The position numbers were made by a program, and so were the translations under genes. The notes beneath the pieces were generated by a model. That model was given only the letters and a program-made list of their open reading frames with translations, ran no database searches and had not been told where the DNA came from. A stretch of DNA of 64,000 nucleotides from Anthoceros angustus (taxonomy: Eukaryota; Plantae; Anthocerotophyta). The stretch spans positions 186,001-250,000 of the forward strand of contig MU008183.1 of the NCBI GenBank assembly GCA_010909165.1, written 5' to 3'. Below, one piece after another: positions 1 to 10,770 of the stretch. The stretch's first letter is position 1. The number at the start of each line of letters is the position of its first letter.

Positions 1-1572
1 AGAAGGCAAGCAAAAGTAACATGGTTAGCCAAAATGAGGCCCGCCTCCTCCATTTGTCCATATACAACAAGCGCCTCTTGACCGAGTCCTTGCTGTGCAT
101 ACCCAGCAATCAGGGCGGTCCATGTCACCACATCCTTCGTGGGCAAGCTGTCAAAAACCTGGCGTGCATCTTCCAGTTCACCACATTTTGCATACATGTC
201 CACCAGGCAGTTGCCCACCAGTACGTCATCCAGCAGTCCTCTTTCCACAATCTGTGACTGCAGCTCCCTGCCTTTCTGTATTGCACCAGTGTTTCCACAG
301 GCCTTCAGAAGGCAAGCAAAAGTAAAATGGTTAGCCAAAATGAGGCCTTCCTGCTCCATTTGTCCATACACAAGCGCCTCTTGGCGAGCCCTTGCTGTGC
401 ATACCCAGCAATCAGGGCATTCCATGTCACCACATCCTTTGTGGCCATGCTGTCAAAAACCTGGCGTGCATCTTCAGTTCACCACATTTTGCATACCCAG
501 ATATCAGGCATTCCATGTCACCACATCCTTTCTCCCATGTTGTCAAAACCTGGCGAGCATCTTCCAGTTCGCCACATTTTGCATACATGTCCACCAGGCA
601 GTTGCCAACAAACAAGTTAGGAGGAATGCCACTGTGCAAAACATCAGAGTGCACTTTCCTGCCAGATTCCAAGTCCGCGGCCAATGCACAAGCTTTAAGG
701 GCAGCCACAAAGACGTGGCCGTTCGCCTTCACTCCTGACCTGCGCATCTCATGGTACAGTTGTATGGCCTCATTCGGTTTCCCATGCTTAGCATATGCAG
801 ATATTACGGAAAACCACATGAAGGCATCTGGTTTCCCCACCCTGGTGAACACATCCATGGCCTCCTCTAGCCTACCTCCACGTGCATACATGCGCAAGAT
901 ATGGTTCCCCAAGTATGCATTCGAATCGTACCCAAGTTTGACAGTGAGATCATGAACTCGTCGCCCCACAGCCAAATCCCTCTTAGCTGTACACAGTTTC
1001 AGCACAGTGTAAAACAGAGACCAAGAGATGGCAGAGTCTATTTGCGCCAGAGATTCCAGAGCTCCAACGGCCTCAGAGAGCTTCCCCTGCTGACATAACG
1101 TGCTCACAGTTCCAGCCGTTACCACGCCCTTTCCCGATCCTGCACGCCAGCCCTGTTCAGGCTTGTCCGAAGAGCTGGACCCGGAAGGAGAGGTACCATG
1201 ACCCATCTGCATATCCAAGGAAACGAGCTGCTCATCAACCCAAGCTGGCTTGAACATGTTGTTTAACCACAAGACCTCGCCGGACCGCTTACGCCGGAAG
1301 TCAGGCGAACGGGAGCTCTTCTTATCTCGTCTGTTGTCCCACCACACAGTAGGGTCCAGAAAAAATTGTTGCCACAAGTGCTCCTGCTCCTGGGCACGAC
1401 CATCGATGGAAAACCCGTCCCCACCCACACATTTTGTGCAGCTGGAGGCTTTGTTCGCCAGCGGTTCACTCCTGAGAATGAGGCGAGAGGGAGCTCCTGG
1501 TAGAATCCCTGTACACACACCAATTTGTTGGGTGGTGAACGTGTCCGGTTGCCTTTGCCATATTGTGGCCAT
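1..1572 (-). pseudogene. PLS-class pentatricopeptide repeat gene with an N-terminal OSB-type PDF motif; frameshifted below ~560 and running off the window edge (pseudogene or unpolished sequence)
   Basis: ORF 427..1572 has PLS motifs (DAFMWFSVISAYAKHG, NGHVFVAALKAC, NLFVGNCLVDMYAKCG). Below ~560 the same motifs recur in shifting frames. LWQQFFLDPTVWWDNRRDKKSSRSPDFRRKRSGEVLWL lies at ~1260-1377. Confidence 0.85.
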
Positions 1573-2039
1573 GGTTCAGTGACCGGTATCGGAACATGAG
1601 GCTAACAACAGACTATGGCAGGTTGCCGATGTACCGTGTATGACCACACCATTTGCGCAGGCATCGATGGGGGTTTGAATGCAAACAAAGGCAGTGTATG
1701 AAGAAGAAGAAGAATTTTATTGAAGTCCACTATGGTTTAGTGCAATGCGATCCGAAAGAGGCTGTCTACGGTATTCAACGGATGTTAATAAAATGATAAA
1801 TTAAACACACAATGCTATAATATAATATAAATAAGTATAGATATAAGTATATAAGATATCTACATGAATAGAATAATGTAGAACCAATATTGCGGTCCGG
1901 GATTGGGGGGGGAGGCAGGGCTTGCCCTCTGTGCAAAGCTCTTGATGAAGTGGAGCCGCTCAGAGTTACGGGAGCTTATTGGGCCAAAGAATAGGGATCT
2001 CTGGCTCTTACCTCCTCTGAGGAGTGCTAGGAAATTCTG

Positions 2040-2845
2040 ATCGCATTCTGGTTTACTTTCAAGTACACAACAAGCGCCTCTTGGTTCACTTTCAGGTACA
2101 CAACAAGCGCCTCTTTGCCGAGTCCTTGCTATGCATACCCAGCAATCAATGCCGTCCATGTCACCACACCCTACCATGCTGTCAGAAACCTAGCGTGCAT
2201 CTTCCAGTTCACCGCATTTTCCATAGCCAGATATCGGGGCATTCCATGTCACCACATCCTTTCTCCCCATGTTGTTAAAAACCTGGCGAGCATCTTCCAG
2301 TTCGCCACATTTTGCATACATGTCCACCAGGCAGTTGCCAACAAACAAGTTAGTCGGAATGCCACTGTGCAAAACATCGAAGTGCACTTTCCTGTCGGAT
2401 TCCAAGCCCGCAGCCAATGCACAAGCTTGAAGGGCAGCTACGTACTAAGACGTGGCCATTTGCCTTCACTCCTGACCTACGCATCTCATGGTACAGTTGT
2501 ATGGCCTCATTGAGTCTCCCATGCTTAGCATATGCGGAAATTATGGGAACCCATATGAAGGCATCTGGTTTCCCCACCCTGATGAAAACATCCATGACCT
2601 CCTCAACCCTACCTCCACATCCATACATGCACAAGATATGGTTCCCAAGCATGCATTCGAATCGTACCCAAGTTTGACAGTGAGATCATGAACTCGTCGC
2701 CCCACAGCCAAATCCCTCTTAGCTGTACACAGTTTCAGCACAGTGTAAAACAGAGACCAAGAGATGGCAGAGTCTGTCTGCACAAGAGATTCCAGAGCTC
2801 CAATGGCCTCAGAGAGCTTCCCCTGCTGACACAACGTGCTCACAG
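2040..2845 (-). pseudogene. Diverged, frameshifted paralogous copy of the upstream PPR gene (L/S/P motifs only)
   Basis: 2845 downward aligns with 1109 downward (VSTLCQQGKLSEA..., WSLFYTVLKLCTAKRD), with substitutions and frameshifts. ORFs 2190..2417 and 2350..2652 hold PPR motifs. Confidence 0.85.
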
Positions 2846-3800
2846 GAGCATCATATATACGGCCGTTCATGGCCGTGACGGGACAAGGCATCTGCCGGGA
2901 AAACAGCCAAACGTCTTGAAGCGAGTACCATGCAGCCTGGGCAGGGTCGTAAATGTCCACCGTCCTCTGGTCATGGTGGTTCTCCACCAGACCGGCTATC
3001 ACGTAGAATAAGCTGTTGAGGGAAACCCCGACAGTCTTCTCTGCCGGAGGGTAGAAGGGGAATATCCACCCACCTGCAAAAGACAGCAAGGGCGATGAGA
3101 ACCTCCTGTTATCGAAAGGAATTGGTTACTAAACAAGAGTCCACTGACTGGAAGCAACTGCTGGAAACCGAATTGCAGATAAGATCACCCCGTCCGACTC
3201 ATACCTATCCACCACGGGATCATACACCTCTGCATCAGCAAGGGGCTCCTTCTTATGAGAAATGCAGCCACCCGCAACGTAAACCTTACCACCGATAGCT
3301 GCACATGCGCAATTGAATCGTGGAACCCTCATCGATGCTACCTTGCTCCATTGCCGTGAGAATGGATCAGAAGCCAGCATTTCGTTGGTGGCAAAGAATT
3401 TAATGGGCTGCATCGGAGGTTCGCAAGCAGCATAGTGCCCCCCGAGCACCAATAAAAACACGTCCAAAAACGCCACTGACACAAACGAACAAATCTATCA
3501 TCACACGCCTTTGTTCTTGTACCTAGCATCGATGGCAATGGATGCCACTTCCCAGAAGCTGCATCGAACGCAGCCCATCTGCCATCCCTAGCCTCCTCTT
3601 TCAGCACAAATAGCCAGTTCCCGCATCTGCCTTCCCCAAAATGCAGTAGAACGAACACGCCTGTTCTATCTGATCACGGGGGGCCGTAGGTCACCTGGAT
3701 CCAGAAGACACCACCGGCTTTCCAGAATCACTACCGCTGCATCTTACACGATCTGACCTAATTCCCGGCAATCCAGGACCGGCGGGAACCCGGGTGCCAA
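2846..3800 (-). pseudogene. Kelch-repeat (F-box/kelch-like) gene relic
   Basis: Kelch motifs MRVPRFNCACAAIGGKVYVAGG...AEVYDP and FYVIAG...VDIYDPAQAAW, plus LFVL...WAAFDAASGKWHPLPSM, in different frames. The F-box itself is only weakly suggested near 3700-3790. Confidence 0.7.
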
Positions 3801-4013
3801 ATATCGGACCTTCAATCTCGCTGCCATCGTCCGAGGCCGAGGCGATGCAACCCCACGGCGCCCTTTCGAGCCATTAAGAAACTCGATCCGGTTCACCTAA
3901 CCCGGCATCGGGTTAGTTTAACTGCGTTGCCACTTCCCCTGTAGTTCGGCCATCTTTTTGTTAAACCTCCGGAACTGAGGTGCGGAGCGTCGAAGGAAGC
4001 GGGCGGAGGAAGG

Positions 4014-6627
4014 ATGTACAACGGGGTGGGATTGCAGACCCCGCGGGGTTCGGGGACCAATGGATATATCCAGACCAACAAGTTCTTCGTGCGGGTGCGG
4101 CCGCTCAACTCGGAGCCTCAGGAGTTTCAAAATGGGCAAGGCACCGGAGGGGTTTCTCGCAAAGCGAATGTGGAGATTCTGGAGCATGACAGGAAGCGGC
4201 AGATCCAGCTGAAGCTCACGCTGCTGGAGGACACGCTCCTGGAGCAAGGATACTCTGAGGTGGAGATCTTGGAGAGGGTGGAGGCTGCCCGCAAGGCTTT
4301 GGAGGCTGCAGCAACCGCTTCGAATGGCGCCGATGAGCCCGTCAGGTTCGTCTGCGTTTTCTGTGCATCTTGTCTGTTAGGTTTTGGTTCGGTGAGGCGG
4401 CTTTCAAGTGTGTTAAGGTGTGCTGGTCCTGTATGTGTCTGTGGTGGGATGGAATCTAGTCAGATAACAACCTTGGTCCTCCGTTAACTGATGAGAATCT
4501 TGACCTGGTTTGATTGTGTATTGTCATTGCGGTCCAGCGCACATGGCGAAACACAGCAAACTAATTATAGTCTCACTTCAGTCTTAGTTCTAGGTCATAG
4601 TCCTCCTGCGGACGGTTGGTTGCAGGATGTGGAACAAAGATGAACTTGTTTTTTCCGAGGCACTGCTCGCTCCGAGCTGGACGGCCTCATTCTGCCTGGA
4701 ACTCTCAGTCTGTGTACACACAGTGTATGCAAATCTTCATTGTATTATGTGGAAGAATGATCTACCTTGGTCCACTGTTTACTGAACGATTGCTGGTAGT
4801 GCAGTGGAATTTGCATTTTTTATGGTGAGACACAGAAAACAGGAAGTCCAATTTATTGTAGACATTGTTCTGCCAGTGTTCAAGGTCATAGTCCTCCGGT
4901 AGACTGATGGTTGCAAGATGTGAATCGAGGATGAACCTTTCTATTGATGCAGTGCTCTCTTTTAGCTTGACGGCCTCATTTTGTCTGGAACTTCCTGCCT
5001 GCTCACGTCCAGTATTTGCTTATAACTTTTGTTCTGTGGGATGTACAGGGTTTCAGAGACAGAAACGCATCAAATTGCTGCTAAGAAGGAGCGTCAACTG
5101 CAAACCATGAAGTCAGCTCTGGGCATCAATGATGCAAAAGAAGGAGAGGCGTTTGACCGAGAGCTTCAAGAGCGTCGGAAGCAGGAGAGGATCATGGAAA
5201 GAGAGGAAAAGGAGGCAAAACGCAGGGAAGCGCAGCTTGAATTTGAAAGGCAGCAGAAGGAAAAGGAGAGAGAGTCGGAGAAACTGAAAAGAAAGCAAGA
5301 GAAAGAGGAGCGCAAACAGAAGCAACTGGAGGAGGAACAGCTTCGTGAAGCCAAGAAGAAGCAAAAAGAGGAGGAGAAACAAGAAAGGCGGAATGCAAGG
5401 CTCAAGAGGGAGGAAGAGCTCCTTGAGGAGAAACGGAACAGGAGAAGGGAGAGGCGCAAGGAAGAAGATGCGCTGGAGGATGGCAAAGGTGGGCATACCA
5501 GGAAGAAAGAGACTCGTAAAAGAGAAGATTCAGATGATGACCGCCAGAAGCCTAGCAGGAGACGAGTGCAGCAGAAAGGAGAAGTTTTGGAAGAAGAGAG
5601 AGAGAAGCCTAGCAGGAGACAAGAGAGGCACAAGGAAGGTTCGGAGGAAGAGAGAGAGAAGCCTGGCAGGAGACGAGAGAGGCACAAGGAAGATTTGGAG
5701 GAAGAGCGAGAGAAGCCTAGCAGGAGACGGGAGAGGCGCAAGGAAGATTCGGAGGATGAGAGAGAGAAGCCTAGCAGGAGACGAGATTGGCACAAGGAAG
5801 ATTCAGAGGATGAGCGGCAGAAGCTTAGCAGGGGAAGAGACAGGCTGAAAGAAGAAGATTTAGAGGAAGAGAGAGAGAAACCTAGCAGGAGACAAGACAG
5901 GCACAGTGGAGATTCAGAGGATGAACGGCCGAAGCCTGGCAGGGAAAGGGACAGGCAGAAGGCAGAAGATGTAGAGGATGAGAGAGAGAAGCATACCCGG
6001 AGAAGGGGCAGGCACAAGGGAGATCCGGAGGATGATGGGGAGAGACCTGGCAGGGGGAGAGACAGGCGCAAGAGAGATGGTTCAGAGGATGAGAGAGAAC
6101 AGCCTAGTAGGAGAAGAAATGTCCACAAGGTAGACGAGCTTGCAGAGGCTGAGAGAGAAAAGGCCAGCAGGAGAAGGGACAGACAGAAAGGAGAAGATTC
6201 AGAGGGTGAGGAAGAAAAGCCTAGCAGAAGAAAAGACAAGCGCAAGGGAGAAGACACATCAGATGAGGAGAAAGAACAGCCCAGCAGGAAAAGAGAGAGG
6301 TACAGGGGAGAAGATTCAGAGGATGAGAGAGAGAGGTCTGGCAAGAGAAGTGCGAGGCACAAGGGAAGAGATTCATCAGATGAGGAGAAAGAACAGCCCA
6401 GCAGGAAAAGAGAGAGGCACAGGGGAGAAGACTCAGAGGATGAGAGAGAGAGGTTTGGCAAGAGAAGCATGAGGCACAAGGAAAGAGATTCATCAGACGA
6501 GGAGCAAGGGAGTCCCGGCAGGAGAAGAGACACGCATAAGGATGAAGTCTCATCAGATGAGGAGCGAGAGAAACCGAGCAGGAGAAAGGAGCAGCGCAGA
6601 AGACATGGAGATTTGGAACATAGGTGA
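4014..6627 (+). CDS. CWC21: CWC21/SRRM2-like pre-mRNA splicing factor with a long charged low-complexity tail; exons 4014-4345 and 5049-6627
   Basis: N-terminus [24 protein letters not shown] and [13 protein letters not shown] match the cwf21 family. A GT at 4346 and an AG at 5047-5048 join in frame to [10 protein letters not shown]...KSALGI. Confidence 0.9.
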
Positions 6628-8535
6628 GCCATGTGGAGTGCACGCTTCATGGGTTGTGCACTAGCTGCTAGAATATGGGCCAGTGCCTGTCGGGGGAGAT
6701 CCTTGTAGGTGTGAACGTTGTTTTGTGTCCATGAAATGAAGAACGGGGGAATCTCTCGGGGCCCCTAGACGCCTTGAGTTTTTATCACCTACCCTCGGCG
6801 GGTTTCCAAGCTCTCTTCGTTAACAAAATCTGTAATTGTACATCTGCCACAACTCTAAAGATGATGTTGGGAATTATGATACTTCCAATTGTGTGTTGTC
6901 TAAAGATGTTTGTCACGTATCGAAGGCTCGGGCCGAAATGCAGTTCGCAACGCGTGGCGAGGCACAAATCTTTGTCTAGTGTTGATGATGTGACTCTGGG
7001 ACGCATCTTGGACTGGTGCCTTCGCTGCCCTCTTTGACTGTGTACGCAGGTGGAGGACGAACGCGTTGCGGGTCTTTGCCCGCGCAGCTTCTTCAAAGAA
7101 GAGGATGCAGCTCGCTTACCCCAAGGAAGCAACAAGACACCTTCTTGAAGATACGATGCTGCAACATATGGAATGATCTGTCAAGACTATCCTCGGTGAA
7201 GTCGGCAGAGTGTAGAAACGTGTGAGCACAACAGTCATGACGTGGCTGGAGCCCGGATGAAGGAGGGAGGAGTCGACATACAAAGGGGAATCTTGTGACT
7301 TGGGGAAGCCTGTCAAGTGTCAAGCAATGAAACTGGTTGCACGCCAGGACAGGTTCTATTCCAATTTCGAAGCTGACAGCTGCTCCTGACAGCAGCAGGC
7401 CAAGCGGAAGCGCGCTTTTAGAAAGACAGATTACCTACCCTTACACAAGGAGTCATGGCGGGTGGAGGCATGGTCTAAAAATCTCAGGGTAATGTAACGA
7501 ATGAGGCACACTTCCCTAAGCGTGTAGGGTCTACCAGCAGGAGCAGGCCATGGCGTTAGAGGCACCCGGCAGACTACGATACGAGGACATGCCTATCAAT
7601 CTCCCAGCGCCGGAATGTTTGAGAATTGTCCTCTACAGACCAGGATACGAGGGCATGTCTATCAATCCACGCACCGCCGCGGGTCCGGGATTCATCATTC
7701 ATCTCGGTATGTTTGAAGGCCTTAGAGTGCAACGGTGCGAGAAGGACAGCCACGTCATCCCACGGCCGACTGTCACGGACCACATATCCATCAACACCAT
7801 GGGACATGTGCGCCGCTCCCATGCGCTCTTCCGGGCCAAAAACCCTAATCTAGAGCGTGCAGCGTGCGGCGTGCGGCGTGTCGTGCCGAATGAGCCGCGT
7901 TTTCACGACCCATACATACGTACATAATAGCCGGCACCCCGCCTGGGAGACTATGTACACGGCAAGCGCGACGGCCTCGACATGTTGGGCATGAGGCGCG
8001 CTCCATGCGCGAGGAGCATGGCCTGGTAGTACACCCCACAGGCTCAAGGGAAGTGTGCAATGTCATTACCCGGAGATTTTTAGACCATGCCCTGGAAGGA
8101 GGGCCTGACAAACTCTAAGATTGACACGCACGCACGAATACCAGCGAGTTGATCTTATTTCGCGCATATGTCAACAACATGATGTGGCATGGACATTATT
8201 CTACTCACCATGACATCCAGATTCCAATTTCCTACCCACCAGGCTCTGCCCTGAGAAAGAGGAAACTCATCCTTAATTACGGACAAAAATTAATTGTTGC
8301 GAAATGCAACGTTCTCAACTAAAGATGTAATCCCACAAAACACCATGTACAAAATCTGCTTGTACGAAGGCCGGGAAGCAAATAAAAGACAAAAAGGCAA
8401 CTATTGAGCAGGATGAATGTGTTAGAGCTGAGCAACTATGAACCAAAATTGACATCTTCAAGATGGCAAAGCCACAACCAAGTTTCTGCGCAGAAAAGGC
8501 CTCTCCCAACTGAAGGCAACATTCACGTGCAACTG

Positions 8536-10770
8536 TCAGCAATAGGAAGGCTTAGAGTGTCCGACCACTGTGGAGGATAGCTTGGACTTGTTGACAGCGC
8601 AGCTCCTGAGATGGTCGTTGGAAAGGTAAGTGTATGAACTGAAGCTACGGTCTAAGCTACTCAGAATCTCACGCTCACTGCTCACACAGCCCTCCCGCCA
8701 GCTCTCTTCCACTCGGCCCTTAAAGATTTCAAACATGGAATGGGGCTCATGCTGCATCAGGCGCAGAACATCAGCTATAGTCTGCCCTTGGACACAATCC
8801 TGAATGTCATAGTTGGCAGTACCCTTCTCCTGAACCACATGCACCACATTGGTACTGCCAAACAGATTGTGCATACCTCCAAGAATCTCTTGGTACGCTC
8901 CTCCAAGGAACAAGCCCAAGTAGTAGGGCTTTCCAGGCTGCAAAGGGTGCAATTCTAGATAGTGCTTCTGCTCTCCGTACACATCCTTCCCAATAAAGTT
9001 TGAGATCTTCCCATCACTGTCACAGGTCAGGTCACAGAGAACGGCGCGTGCTGTGGGCTCCTCCTCGAGACGGTGAAGGGGCATAATTGGGAAGAGCTGG
9101 CCAATTGCCCAATTATCTGGCATGGACTTGAAAACCGAGAGATTAACATGATAGGTGGCGTTGTAGGATGACGAGACTTTGTTAGCTGCCGGCGTCACTT
9201 TCTTCGGGTCGCTTACATTCTTCATACTGTCCACGACCGCCATATACTTGTGGTGCTCTGACTCACGGGCGGCAGCAGCAACTACCTCATAAATGCCGTC
9301 AATAGTTGCACGAACCTCCAAACTGAGAAGCCCAATCTTGAAGAGGCGGGCACATTCGGTCTTCATTTTGGCAGCACACTCAAGGGCAGCATCGTAGTCG
9401 GCAGACTTCACCAAATAAGCTTTCATCTCCTCATGCATGGCAACAACTTCCTTGGGAAGCCCGTCATACCTGAGGTCCAGGGAAATCCCATGATCCTTGG
9501 CAGCAAAACCTCCCTTCTGGTGAGCCGCAAGCACATTAAAGACCAAGACTGACTGGTGAGAAACAATGGCACGCCCACTCTCACAGCAAAGCGTAGGCTG
9601 CTTCACATTCTTGAGGATGCACGCATCCTTGATGGCCCCAATAACCTCCTCGGCGTACTCCTCGACAGTGTACCCGATTGACATGTCCGAAAGGGCGGAG
9701 TGAGATCCATCGTAGTCAACTCCCAGGCCCCCACCGATATCTATCACATTCATGTGAGCTCCCATCAACGCAAGCTCGCAGAATATGTGTGCCGCTTCAC
9801 TCACGCCTTCCTGTACAATGCTCAGCGACGGAATCTGGGAGCCTATGTGGAAGTGCAACAGCTGCAAGCAGTCCAGCATTCCATGGCGACTGAGCTTAGC
9901 CACAATTCTCACCATCTCGGATGTGGAGAGACCAAATTTGCCGTCATCTCCCGAAGTGTCCCCCCAGTGGCCTCCATGCTTGGTGCTGAGTTTGGCTCGG
10001 AGTCCGATGACCGGTTTCACACCCAAGTACTGGCTGGTTTTGATGACAACGTCAAGCTCCTCCTCCTGCTCCAGGACGATGATGGAGTTCAACTTCATCT
10101 GCCTAGCTGTGAGAGCCAGCCCAATATACTCGGAATCCTTATAGCCGTTGCAGATGAGCAGCGCACTGGGGCTGCCCTTGCACATGCAGGACATGACAGT
10201 GAGCAGCTCCGGCTTCGAGCCAGCCTCCAAGCCGTAGTGAAACTCCTTCCCGGACGCCACAATGTCTTCCAAGATATACCGGTCCGGATTGCACTTGACG
10301 GGGAATACTCCACGGAACACACCCTGGTAATTCTGCGCTGCAATGCCCCTCACAAACGCCTTCTGCAGAGTCTCCAGCCGGTGCTTCAAAATGTCGGGGA
10401 ATCGAATGATAAGAGGCAGACTCATCCCCCCCCGGCCCTGGCCTGCAGCTGGATTCTTCTCCACAATCCTCTCCACAAGTTCCATGAGATCAATCTCTTC
10501 CCCCGGCTGTGTGTCCAGACCGTGAGGGTGCACAGACATGTTCCCGCTGTCATTGACGTGGAAGTAAGGCGCACCCCATCCATCCACCTTGTAAGTGGTG
10601 CGCGACTTGCCAGTACTCCAGCCTGCAGGAGCCGGTCCCGGCCCCGGCCCAGGCGCTGCTGCTCCTGCATTGTACTCGTAACCTTTGCTCGATTGAAGAT
10701 CAATCCTGGAAGATATATCCCGAGTCCCGTAGAAGGGCTCGGTACCAGACCTCAATGCTAGGGGGGGCAT
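8536..10770 (-). CDS. ADC: Arginine decarboxylase (intronless, 744 aa)
   Basis: Motifs WGAPYFHVN, FPVKCN (PLP lysine), GLEAGSKPEL, LHFHIGSQI, DIGGGLGVDYDGS, CESGRA, DLTCDSDG, GAYQEILG. Confidence 0.97.
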   Translation of the reverse strand: MPPLALRSGTEPFYGTRDISSRIDLQSSKGYEYNAGAAAPGPGPGPAPAGWSTGKSRTTYKVDGWGAPYFHVNDSGNMSVHPHGLDTQPGEEIDLMELVERIVEKNPAAGQGRGGMSLPLIIRFPDILKHRLETLQKAFVRGIAAQNYQGVFRGVFPVKCNPDRYILEDIVASGKEFHYGLEAGSKPELLTVMSCMCKGSPSALLICNGYKDSEYIGLALTARQMKLNSIIVLEQEEELDVVIKTSQYLGVKPVIGLRAKLSTKHGGHWGDTSGDDGKFGLSTSEMVRIVAKLSRHGMLDCLQLLHFHIGSQIPSLSIVQEGVSEAAHIFCELALMGAHMNVIDIGGGLGVDYDGSHSALSDMSIGYTVEEYAEEVIGAIKDACILKNVKQPTLCCESGRAIVSHQSVLVFNVLAAHQKGGFAAKDHGISLDLRYDGLPKEVVAMHEEMKAYLVKSADYDAALECAAKMKTECARLFKIGLLSLEVRATIDGIYEVVAAAARESEHHKYMAVVDSMKNVSDPKKVTPAANKVSSSYNATYHVNLSVFKSMPDNWAIGQLFPIMPLHRLEEEPTARAVLCDLTCDSDGKISNFIGKDVYGEQKHYLELHPLQPGKPYYLGLFLGGAYQEILGGMHNLFGSTNVVHVVQEKGTANYDIQDCVQGQTIADVLRLMQHEPHSMFEIFKGRVEESWREGCVSSEREILSSLDRSFSSYTYLSNDHLRSCAVNKSKLSSTVVGHSKPSYC

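Noticed and set aside
5166-6650. 494-aa Ser/Leu-rich minus-strand ORF
   Set aside because: Reverse complement of the purine-rich CWC21 repeat tail, which lacks antisense stops for compositional reasons.
6774-8111. Several 65-125-aa ORFs between CWC21 and ADC, including a short 22-bp repeat pair at ~7579 and ~7646
   Set aside because: No recognisable domains, frequent stops in all frames, and no consistent splice pattern.
9700-10761. 353-aa plus-strand ORF
   Set aside because: Antisense shadow of the ADC CDS; no recognisable protein features.
8536-10770. Intronless, bacterial-like ADC as a recent horizontal transfer
   Set aside because: Plant ADCs are generally intronless and of SpeA type, and the MPxLA start and C-terminus are plant-like.
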